A stretch of DNA of 64,000 nt. It comes from Paracoccaceae bacterium. Lineage in GTDB: Bacteria > Pseudomonadota > Alphaproteobacteria > Rhodobacterales > Rhodobacteraceae. The notes under the pieces were generated by a model. It saw nothing but the letters and a program-made list of their open reading frames with translations, was not told the origin of the DNA and searched no databases. Within the stretch, counting starts at the first letter, position 1. Every line of letters starts with the position of its first letter. A program made the position numbers and the translations under genes. Positions 42,238 to 50,278 of this stretch are shown here, piece by piece. The stretch is from positions 6,157 to 70,156 of the forward strand of contig RFQY01000001.1 in NCBI GenBank assembly GCA_009924775.1. The letters are read 5' to 3'.

Positions 42238-43410
42238 TTAAGCCGCCAATTTGCATGCAACGCTGACCAGCGTTTCAAAAGCCGCGGCAAAGCTGCGGTC
42301 TTCCACGGTCAGGGCCACGCGAATATGGCCTGCCGCCGCGCGGCCAAAGCTTTCGCCGGGCATGACCGCGATTTGGTGGTGATCCAGCAGATAGGTGCCA
42401 AAGGCCTCGCCGCTTAGGCCGGTGGCGCGTATATCCAGCATTATATACATCGCCCCCTGCGGGGGCAGGGCGCGCACCACGTTTTGGCCTTGCAAAATAT
42501 CCAAGGCAATTTTGCGGCGCCGGGCGAAGGGGGCGGCAATCTCTGCCTCGAATTCGGGCCCTTGGCGCAGGGCAAAGGCGCCGGCATCTTGAATGAAACC
42601 CGGCACGCCATAGGTGGTGTGAATGGCAAGCGAGGCCATCAGCGCGATCATTTCTTCTGGGCCCACAACCCACCCAAGGCGGCTGCCGGTCATGGCGTGG
42701 CTTTTGGAAAGCGAGCCCACCACAAGCGTGCGCGCGGCCATGCCGGGCAGGGCGCGGGGCGAGATATGCGCGCCTTGCCAGACTTGGGTGTCATAGACCT
42801 CGTCTGAAATAAGCCACAGGTCGTGGGCAATGACGGCTTGGGCGATCGCGGCCAAGGTCTGGGCAGAATACACTGCGCCAGTGGGGTTGTTGGGGCTGTT
42901 GATCAACAAGCTGCGCGCGCCGGGGGCTGCGGCGGCAATATCGGCGCCGCGCGGCTGAAACCCGTCTTCGGGGGCTGCGGCAACGGGCACTGGCACGCCG
43001 CCCACGGCGCGAATGGTGCCGGGATAGGTGGCATAATAGGGGTCGATAAACAGCGCGCGCTGCCCCTCGTCCAGCACGGCGTGATGGGCGGCAAACAGCG
43101 CCGATTGCCCGCCCGGGGTGACCAGCACATTGGCGCGGGTTGTGGGCACGCCGGTATGCTGGGCCACGCGGGCGGCGATTGTATCGCGCAAGGCGTCCGT
43201 GCCCGGAATGCTGGCATAGCCTGTGTGCCCTGCCATGGCGGCGGCGTGCATGGCCTGCAAAATGGGCGCGGCGGTGCGGATGTCATGCTCGCCAATCGTA
43301 AGTTCGGTAATCTTGTGGCCCGCCTCGGCCAAGGCGCGGGCACGAAAAAACAGCCCCCAGCCATCGCCATCTGCGCCCACAACACCCGAGATTCGTTTGG
43401 ATGCCTGCAC
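42238..43410 (-). CDS. PLP-dependent aminotransferase, class I/II
   Basis: ..INSPNNPTG.., ..SLSKSHAMTGSRLGW.. (PLP lysine). Start set at GTG 43410 (AAGGGGGGG upstream), because the 57 upstream codons to ATG 43581 look non-coding; the start is uncertain. Confidence 0.85.
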   Translation of the reverse strand: MQASKRISGVVGADGDGWGLFFRARALAEAGHKITELTIGEHDIRTAAPILQAMHAAAMAGHTGYASIPGTDALRDTIAARVAQHTGVPTTRANVLVTPGGQSALFAAHHAVLDEGQRALFIDPYYATYPGTIRAVGGVPVPVAAAPEDGFQPRGADIAAAAPGARSLLINSPNNPTGAVYSAQTLAAIAQAVIAHDLWLISDEVYDTQVWQGAHISPRALPGMAARTLVVGSLSKSHAMTGSRLGWVVGPEEMIALMASLAIHTTYGVPGFIQDAGAFALRQGPEFEAEIAAPFARRRKIALDILQGQNVVRALPPQGAMYIMLDIRATGLSGEAFGTYLLDHHQIAVMPGESFGRAAAGHIRVALTVEDRSFAAAFETLVSVACKLAA

Positions 43411-43637
43411 CAGCCCCCCCTTGCGCAGCCAGTGCGCGCCTTGCGTAGTTTGCGCGCAAACTGTCACCGCTATGGGGCCTTGGCAAGGGGGGCGGTTGGC
43501 GGTAATGTTGCGTTCATGACCATGGTGTGCACCCTTATTGGCATTTGTACGACCCACTGACCATTCAGGCGGGCCGTTCACACTTTCGCATTTCAGACGA
43601 AGTTGCTAAGCCCGCGTTGATAGCGCGCGAGGATAAG

Positions 43638-45032
43638 ATGAGCGACATTCGCCTTTACAACACCAAGACCCGCCAAAAAGAACGGTTTGTGCCAATTGAT
43701 GCCACGAACCTGAGCATGTATCTGTGCGGGCCCACGGTGTATGACCGGGCGCATTTGGGCAATGCGCGGCCGGTGATCGTGTTTGACGTGCTCAACCGCT
43801 TGCTGCGCCATGTCTATGGGCCAGATGCTGTGACCTATGTGCGCAATTTCACCGATGTGGATGATAAAATTAACGCAACGGCGCTGGCGCGTAAACAGGC
43901 GGGTGCCGCGGGCACGCTGGAAGAATTGATCGCCGAGCGCACAGAGGAAACCATTGCCTGGTACAACGCCGATATGGATGCATTGGGCAATGCGCGGCCT
44001 GATCATGCGCCGCGGGCCACGCAATATATCGCCCAGATGATTGCGATGATCGATCAGCTTGTGGCGCGCGGCCATGCCTACGAGGCCGAAGGCCATGTGC
44101 TGTTTGCGGTGGAAAGCTATGCCAATTATGGCGCGCTGTCGGGCCGCTCGGTCGAGGATATGATCGCCGGCGCCCGGGTAGAGGTAGCGCCTTATAAACG
44201 CAATCCGATGGATTTCGTGTTGTGGAAACCCTCGGACGCCGATCTGCCCGGCTGGAACAGCCCTTGGGGCCGGGGGCGGCCGGGCTGGCATATCGAATGC
44301 TCGGCCATGAGTTTCGAGTTGCTGGGCGAAAGTTTCGATATCCACGGGGGGGGCATCGATTTGGCCTTTCCCCATCATGAAAATGAAATTGCGCAAAGCT
44401 GCTGCGCCAATCCGCAGGGTGGTTTTGCAAATTTCTGGCTACACAACGAGATGCTGCAGGTGGAAGGCAAGAAAATGTCCAAATCCTTGGGCAATTTCTT
44501 TACGGTCCGTGACCTGCTGGAGCAGGGGGTGCCGGGCGAGGTGATACGCATGGTGATGCTGGGCACGCATTACCGCAAGCCCATGGACTGGACCGAGAAA
44601 AAACGCGCCGAGGCAGAGGCGAATTTGCGCAAATGGCGCGCTTTGGTGGAAGATGTGGCGCCAAGCCAGCCGTCAAAGGCGGCATTCGCTGCGCTGTGCG
44701 ATGATCTGAACACCGCCGGTGTGTTGGCTGAAATGCACCGCTTGGCGCAGGCGGGTGATGGCCCCGCGCTGGCGGCCACGGGGCATATGTTGGGGCTGCT
44801 TTTGCCGCAAATGGGTGATTGGGCGCGTGGCGCGGTGGCCGATCTGGCGCCATTTGCACAGGCCTTGGCCAGCGCCCGTGCCGCTGCGATGCAGACCAAG
44901 GATTTTGCCGAAGTGGACCGGCTAAAAGCGGCGTTTCTGGCCGCAGGGCTAGAGGTGCGCATGGCCAAGGATGGGGTAGATCTGGTGCCCGGCCCAACAT
45001 TTGACCCGACCAAATTGGAGGGGGTTCTATGA
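43638..45032 (+). CDS. cysS: cysteine--tRNA ligase
   Basis: ..[16 protein letters not shown].. (HIGH) and KMSKSLGN. Start re-set from 43527. Confidence 0.96.
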   Translation: MSDIRLYNTKTRQKERFVPIDATNLSMYLCGPTVYDRAHLGNARPVIVFDVLNRLLRHVYGPDAVTYVRNFTDVDDKINATALARKQAGAAGTLEELIAERTEETIAWYNADMDALGNARPDHAPRATQYIAQMIAMIDQLVARGHAYEAEGHVLFAVESYANYGALSGRSVEDMIAGARVEVAPYKRNPMDFVLWKPSDADLPGWNSPWGRGRPGWHIECSAMSFELLGESFDIHGGGIDLAFPHHENEIAQSCCANPQGGFANFWLHNEMLQVEGKKMSKSLGNFFTVRDLLEQGVPGEVIRMVMLGTHYRKPMDWTEKKRAEAEANLRKWRALVEDVAPSQPSKAAFAALCDDLNTAGVLAEMHRLAQAGDGPALAATGHMLGLLLPQMGDWARGAVADLAPFAQALASARAAAMQTKDFAEVDRLKAAFLAAGLEVRMAKDGVDLVPGPTFDPTKLEGVL

Positions 45033-45180
45033 AGATGTGCACACCACAGCGTCGCGCCCGGCCCGATACTGCCCGGGCGCCAAGCGTCCCGCGCGGGGTG
45101 TGCCTTGACCCGGCTGGCGGCATGGGGTCGTGGGGTGCCCACAACACAGCCCTGCGCGCCCGTGCCACCGGGGGCCGCCC

Positions 45181-46803
45181 ATGAGCCGCGCGCGCCTGTA
45201 CATCTACGACACCACGCTGCGCGACGGTCAGCAAACCCAAGGCGTGCAATTCTCGACGCCCGAGAAAATTCAGATCACCCAAGCGCTGGATGATTTGGGC
45301 GTGGATTATATCGAAGGCGGCTGGCCCGGCGCCAACCCCACAGACAGCGCCTTTTTTGACAGCCGCCCCGAAACCCGCGCCACGTTTGCCGCCTTTGGCA
45401 TGACAAAACGTGCAGGTCGCAGCGCCGAAAACGACGATGTGCTGGCGGCTGTCATGAACGCGGGCACGCCGGCGGTGTGTTTGGTGGGCAAGACCCATGA
45501 TTTCCACGTGCAAACCGCGCTTGGCATCGCGTTGCAGGAAAATCTGGATAACATCGCGCAATCGGTGGCCCATGTGGTGGCGCGTGGCCGCGAGGCGCTG
45601 TTTGATGCCGAGCATTTTTTCGATGGCTACAAGGCCAACCCGGATTATGCGATCGCCGCACTGCATGCCGCATACACAGCCGGTGCGCGCTGGATCGTGC
45701 TGTGCGATACAAATGGCGGCACCTTGCCCGCCGAACTGGGCGAAATCACCCGCGCGGTGATTGCTGCCGGTATTCCGGGCGATCGTTTGGGAATTCATTG
45801 CCACAACGACACCGAAAACGCTGTTGCCTGCACCTTGGCGGCGGTGGATGCGGGCGTGCGCCAGATCCAAGGCACGCTGAACGGGCTGGGCGAAAGGTGC
45901 GGCAATGCCAACCTGACCACCCTGATCCCAACCCTATTGCTAAAGGCGCCCTATGCCACCCAGTTTGACACGGGCATTACCCTAGAGGCGCTGCAGGGCT
46001 TGACGCGGATCAGCCGCAAGCTGGATGATATTTTAAACCGCGTGCCCCTGCGCCAAGCCCCTTACGTGGGGGCCAGCGCCTTTGCCCATAAGGCCGGGCT
46101 GCATGCCAGCGCCATTTTGAAAGACCCCAGCACCTACGAACATATTGAACCATCCTTGGTGGGCAATGCCCGCATCATTCCGATGTCAAACCAAGCGGGG
46201 CAATCCAACCTGCGCCGCCGCTTGGCCGATGCCGGGATAGAGGTTGCGCCAAACGACCCGGCCTTGGCGCGGATTTTGGAGCTGGTGAAAACGCGCGAGG
46301 CCGAAGGCTATACCTATGACAGCGCGCAGGCGTCGTTTGAAATGCTGGCGCGCGCCGAGCTGGGCCAATTGCCCCGGTTTTTCGAAGTCAAGCGCTACAA
46401 GGTGACGGTGGAGCGGCGCAAAAACAAATATGACAAAATGGTCAGCCTATCCGAGGCCGTGGTTGTTGTGCGGGTGGATGGCGAAAAGAAACTGTCGGTC
46501 AGCGAATCCATGGACGAAACCGGCAGCGACCGGGGGCCGGTGAACGCGCTGGCCAAGGCGCTGGCCAAGGATCTGGGCCGCTATTCCGAGATGATCGACG
46601 ACATGCGGCTGGTCGATTTCAAGGTGCGCATCACCCAAGGCGGCACCGAGGCGGTGACCCGCGTCATTATCGACAGCGAAGACGCCGCCGGGCGGCGCTG
46701 GTCCACCGTGGGCGTCAGCCCGAACATAGTGGATGCCAGTTTCGAGGCGCTGTTGGACGCGATCAATTGGAAGCTGCTGCGCAGTGTTGCGGCGGTGGAA
46801 TGA
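45181..46803 (+). CDS. cimA: citramalate synthase (LeuA/CimA family)
   Basis: MSRARLYIYDTTLRDGQQTQG.., HCHNDTENAVA, about 540 aa with a LeuA-type C-terminal dimerisation domain. Confidence 0.85.
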   Translation: MSRARLYIYDTTLRDGQQTQGVQFSTPEKIQITQALDDLGVDYIEGGWPGANPTDSAFFDSRPETRATFAAFGMTKRAGRSAENDDVLAAVMNAGTPAVCLVGKTHDFHVQTALGIALQENLDNIAQSVAHVVARGREALFDAEHFFDGYKANPDYAIAALHAAYTAGARWIVLCDTNGGTLPAELGEITRAVIAAGIPGDRLGIHCHNDTENAVACTLAAVDAGVRQIQGTLNGLGERCGNANLTTLIPTLLLKAPYATQFDTGITLEALQGLTRISRKLDDILNRVPLRQAPYVGASAFAHKAGLHASAILKDPSTYEHIEPSLVGNARIIPMSNQAGQSNLRRRLADAGIEVAPNDPALARILELVKTREAEGYTYDSAQASFEMLARAELGQLPRFFEVKRYKVTVERRKNKYDKMVSLSEAVVVVRVDGEKKLSVSESMDETGSDRGPVNALAKALAKDLGRYSEMIDDMRLVDFKVRITQGGTEAVTRVIIDSEDAAGRRWSTVGVSPNIVDASFEALLDAINWKLLRSVAAVE

Positions 46804-46849
46804 GTATTTGTAGCAAAGTGAAACAAGGCTGCATGAACCGCACAACCCA

Positions 46850-47638
46850 ATGGCCAAGATCGTGAGCGAGGGAAACATAGCCGCCTGTGCCGCGTTGGTG
46901 CAGCGCGCCGATCCCGACAGGTTTCGCGCCGCCATGGCCGCGCCCGTGGCCGCGCGCGCGGTGTTGTTTCCGCTTTATGCGCTGAATGTCGAAGTCAGCC
47001 GCGCACCATGGGTGACGGCCGAGCCGATGATTGCCGAGATGCGCCTGCAATGGTGGCGCGATGCGCTGGACGAGGTTTCCTGCGGGCAGGGGGTGCGGCG
47101 CCACGAGGTGGTGACACCTTTGGTGGGGGTGCTGGATGACCCGGCCTGCGCGCTGCTGGACAGGCTGATTTTGGCGCGGCGATGGGATATTTACCGCGAC
47201 CCGTTCGAAGAAGAGGCGGCGTTTGATGGGTTTATCGAGGATACGGCGGCGGGGCTGATGTGGGTGGCCGCGCGTGCCTTGGGGGCACCAGCTGCGGCCG
47301 AAGCGGCGCTGCGCAATATCGGCTATGGGCAGGGGGTGGCTGCGTGGCTGCGCGCCATTCCAGCGCTAGAGCGGGCAGGGCGCAAGCCCTTGGTGGATGG
47401 GCGCCCAAATGCGGTGGCTGAATTGGCGCAAAAGGGGCTGCATCGTTTGGCACGGGGGCGGGCAAGCGTGCCCCGTGGGCCCGGTGTGGCGGCAGCCATT
47501 TTGCCCAGCTGGGACAGTGCCCATATCTTGGCCATGGCCGCAGCGCAGCCCGGGCGCGTGGCGGACGGGGCGCTGGTCTGTGGGGCTGCGGGCAGCGCGC
47601 TGCGGTTGCTGCTGTGCCGCTTGCGTGGGCGGCCCTAA
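46850..47638 (+). CDS. squalene/phytoene synthase family protein (NDUFAF6-like)
   Basis: ..FPLYALNVEVSRAPWVT.EPMIAEMRLQWWRDAL.. is typical of the alphaproteobacterial SQS_PSY-like protein. Confidence 0.8.
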   Translation: MAKIVSEGNIAACAALVQRADPDRFRAAMAAPVAARAVLFPLYALNVEVSRAPWVTAEPMIAEMRLQWWRDALDEVSCGQGVRRHEVVTPLVGVLDDPACALLDRLILARRWDIYRDPFEEEAAFDGFIEDTAAGLMWVAARALGAPAAAEAALRNIGYGQGVAAWLRAIPALERAGRKPLVDGRPNAVAELAQKGLHRLARGRASVPRGPGVAAAILPSWDSAHILAMAAAQPGRVADGALVCGAAGSALRLLLCRLRGRP

Positions 47639-47641
47639 GCG

Positions 47642-48226
47642 TTATTGCATGATCGATGTTTTGCCGAAACTGGCGGTGAACCCTTTCAGCGACAGCGACA
47701 GCTGCAAGCGTTGATCGGGCGCGACGTAAGGGACCAGCCCCAATTTTGCCACCGCGCCCTTTTTAAAGGCGGTGATGTCTTCGTTGGTAAACCCGATTCT
47801 GGCATAACAGCCCAGCCTGTCGCAGACGGTAAAGGGATAGCGTTTGGTGATGCCCTCATCGATACCCAAGGTCAGCTGTGCGGTCAGCAATGTTTCCAGC
47901 GGCACCGCAATCAGGGCACCGGCGGCGGCCTGCCCCCCTTCGGGTAGGCGGAAAATGCGCACATTGGCCACGGTGTTGCCGCTGTCATCCAGCAGGGCTT
48001 GAAACATTTGGCAGGGCTCTTCTTGGCCTTCGGGCACATACAGGCATTCCATGCCCCAATCGCCATTGGTTTCGCGGATATAGGCCTGACCCGGTACTTT
48101 GTCTTGGGTCACAGGCTCGCCCACGGGCAGGTCTGCCCCGGTGCCGGTTTGCTGATCTTGCGCCCAAGCCGGCGCAAGCCCGGTCAAAAGTGCCGCGATG
48201 CAAAGGGTGGAAAGAATGCGTGCCAT
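47642..48226 (-). CDS. invasion-associated locus B (IalB) family periplasmic protein
   Basis: Signal peptide MARILSTLCIAALLTGLAPAWA, then ..NGDWGMEC.., ..VCDRLGCYA.. The alternative start at 48280 is less likely. Confidence 0.82.
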   Translation of the reverse strand: MARILSTLCIAALLTGLAPAWAQDQQTGTGADLPVGEPVTQDKVPGQAYIRETNGDWGMECLYVPEGQEEPCQMFQALLDDSGNTVANVRIFRLPEGGQAAAGALIAVPLETLLTAQLTLGIDEGITKRYPFTVCDRLGCYARIGFTNEDITAFKKGAVAKLGLVPYVAPDQRLQLSLSLKGFTASFGKTSIMQ

Positions 48227-48354
48227 CGGATGTGCCCCATGTTGCTGCTGGGGGGGTGCCCCTTGTGTTTGGCTTAGCATGCAAAAATGCCGATGTCAGG
48301 CCAGAAAGCCTGCTAAGCCTGCAGAAACGCGCAGATTTTCGCCGATGCAGGAAA

Positions 48355-48387
48355 AGAAAAAAGGGGCTACATAGGCCCCTTTTTTTA
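48355..48387. terminator. bidirectional intrinsic terminator hairpin inside a divergent intergenic region
   Basis: AGAAAAAAGGGGC-TACATAG-GCCCCTTTTTTT, with an A-run and a T-run flanking a 6-bp GC stem. Confidence 0.7.
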
Positions 48388-48503
48388 TAAGTACACTCCC
48401 CGCCGGACTGGCCGACTTAGTCATTGAAAGTGACGCTAGGGCGTTTTTTGCGACCCGTCAACAGGCAAAAAAGACATTCTTTGCACGGCTGGGGCAACAT
48501 TTG

Positions 48504-48533
48504 AAAAAAAGGCCGCATCCCAAGGATGCGGCC
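48504..48533 (-). terminator. minus-strand intrinsic terminator
   Basis: Perfect 10-bp stem GGCCGCATCC-CAA-GGATGCGGCC. On the minus strand it is followed by seven U residues (A-run 48504-48510 on plus). Confidence 0.7.
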
Positions 48534-48600
48534 AGTCTGACAGGGAGGAAATGCCCGCGCCCAGAGGACATGGGGCAAGCGGACGAATTCAGACTGGCAG
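48504..48600 (-). ncRNA. candidate small RNA (antisense to the DUF853 gene leader) with C/U-rich anti-SD-like motifs
   Basis: Minus-strand read: CCAGUCUGA..GUCCUCUGGG..UUCCUCCCUG UCAGACUGG (9-bp closing stem 48532-40 / 48589-97), then the terminator hairpin and U7. No promoter identified, and the 5' end is unknown. Confidence 0.3.
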
Positions 48601-48662
48601 AGAAACATTAAGAATGTATGCTGCCTGCGTTTGCTGTGTTTGCTGTGTTTGAAAGGGGCGCT

Positions 48663-50222
48663 GTGGTGCAAGAGGGTGTGTTTATCGGCGGTGGTGGGCC
48701 AGAGTATGCGGAAAAGCAATATTTGGCGCTGAAATATGCCAACCGTCACGGGTTGGTGGCAGGCGCCACGGGCACGGGCAAAACCGTGACCTTGCAGATC
48801 TTGGCCGAGGGGTTTTCCAACGCCGGGGTGCCGGTGATCTTGTCTGATGTAAAGGGCGATCTGTCGGGCATGGCGCGCGCGGGCGATGCGGCGGGCAAGC
48901 TGCATGCGCCCTTTATGGCGCGCAATGCTACCATCGGTTTCGAAGATTTCGCCTATGCCGCCAGCCCGGTGACGTTTTGGGATATTTTTGGCCAACAGGG
49001 GCACCCGCTGCGCACCACGGTGGCCGAAATGGGGCCCTTGTTATTGGCGCGGCTGTTAGAGCTGACCGAGGCGCAAGAGGGTGTTTTGAACATCGCCTTC
49101 CGTCTGGCCGATGAACAGGGTTGGCCGCTGTTGGATTTGAAAGACCTGCAATCGCTGTTGGTGTGGCTTGGCGAAAACGCAGGCGAGATTGCGCTGCGCT
49201 ATGGCAATATCTCGGCGGCGTCTATCGGTGCCATCCAACGCCGTCTTTTGGTGCTGGAAAACCAGGGGGCCACGCATTTCTTTGGCGAACCAGCCCTTGA
49301 TCTGGCCGATTTGATGCGCTGCGATGCCCAAGGGCGGGGGATGGTGAATATTCTGGCGGCCGACAAGCTGATGGCCAGCCCCCGGCTTTATGCCACGTTC
49401 TTGCTGTGGCTATTGTCGGAGTTGTTCGAGGAACTGCCAGAACTGGGCGATCCGGAAAAACCAAAACTGGTGTTTTTCTTCGACGAGGCGCATTTGCTAT
49501 TCGATGATGCCCCCAAAGCGCTGCTTGACAAGGTCGAGCAGGTGGCGCGGTTGATCCGCTCAAAGGGGGTTGGGGTTTATTTTGTCACGCAAAACCCGGC
49601 GGATGTGCCCGAAGATATCTTGGGCCAGCTGGGCAACCGGGTGCAGCACGCGCTGCGCGCCTTTACCGCCCGCGATGCCAAGGCGCTGCGTCAGGCGGCA
49701 GAAACCTATCGGCCAAACCCGGCCTTTGATACGCAAGAGGCGATTTTGCAGGTGGGTGTGGGCGAGGCTGTGACCTCGATGTTGCAAAAAAAGGGGGTGC
49801 CGGGGATTGTGCAGCGCACCTTGATCCGGCCACCATCGTCGCAGATTGGGCCCATCACACCAGCCCAGCGGGCCACGGTGATGGCCGAAAGCGGTTTGGC
49901 AGACAAATATGGGCGCGCGATTGATCGCAGATTGGCGCATGAAATATTGACCGAAAGGGCCCAAGCCGCTGCATATGCCGCCGCCGCCCAAGCCGCCGCA
50001 GAACAGGCACAGGCCGAAGCGCAAAGCGCCGCCAAGGCGCAAGCGGTGCCGCGTGCGGGCAGCGGGCGGCGCTATACCGGCAGCAGCGGGCGGCGGACCA
50101 GCAGCAGCCAGCCAGACAGTTTGGGCGCGGCGCTGGGGCAGGCCTTGCTGCGCGAGTTGGGTGGCACCACGGGCAAGCGTATTGTGCGCGGCATTTTAGG
50201 CGGGCTGTTCAAGGGCCGTTAA
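48663..50222 (+). CDS. HerA-like / DUF853 (YjgR family) P-loop ATPase
   Basis: ..FIGGGGPEYAEKQYLALKYANRHGLVAGATGTGKTVTLQ.. (Walker A), ..LVFFFDEAHLLF.. (Walker B). Start set at GTG 48663 (GAAAGGGG upstream); the ATG at 48618 is the alternative. Confidence 0.88.
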   Translation: MVQEGVFIGGGGPEYAEKQYLALKYANRHGLVAGATGTGKTVTLQILAEGFSNAGVPVILSDVKGDLSGMARAGDAAGKLHAPFMARNATIGFEDFAYAASPVTFWDIFGQQGHPLRTTVAEMGPLLLARLLELTEAQEGVLNIAFRLADEQGWPLLDLKDLQSLLVWLGENAGEIALRYGNISAASIGAIQRRLLVLENQGATHFFGEPALDLADLMRCDAQGRGMVNILAADKLMASPRLYATFLLWLLSELFEELPELGDPEKPKLVFFFDEAHLLFDDAPKALLDKVEQVARLIRSKGVGVYFVTQNPADVPEDILGQLGNRVQHALRAFTARDAKALRQAAETYRPNPAFDTQEAILQVGVGEAVTSMLQKKGVPGIVQRTLIRPPSSQIGPITPAQRATVMAESGLADKYGRAIDRRLAHEILTERAQAAAYAAAAQAAAEQAQAEAQSAAKAQAVPRAGSGRRYTGSSGRRTSSSQPDSLGAALGQALLRELGGTTGKRIVRGILGGLFKGR

Positions 50223-50225
50223 ATG

Positions 50226-50256
50226 AAAAAGGCGCGCCACTGGGGCGCGCCTTTAT
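50226..50256. terminator. bidirectional terminator between the DUF853 gene and the liv operon
   Basis: AAAAAGGCGCGCC-ACTGG-GGCGCGCCTTTA. Confidence 0.75.
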
Positions 50257-50278
50257 CGCGTGGCACAGGGCCCCGCAC

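Noticed and set aside
48417-49004. 195-aa minus-strand ORF ending 30 nt before the bidirectional terminator at 48355-48387.
   Set aside because: Most of it is antisense to the Walker-A region of the DUF853 ATPase gene and translates to low-complexity sequence. Only its extreme 3' end lies in intergenic DNA. The terminator is better explained by short non-coding transcripts. A 27-codon sub-ORF (MLPQPCKECLFC..) has no Shine-Dalgarno sequence.
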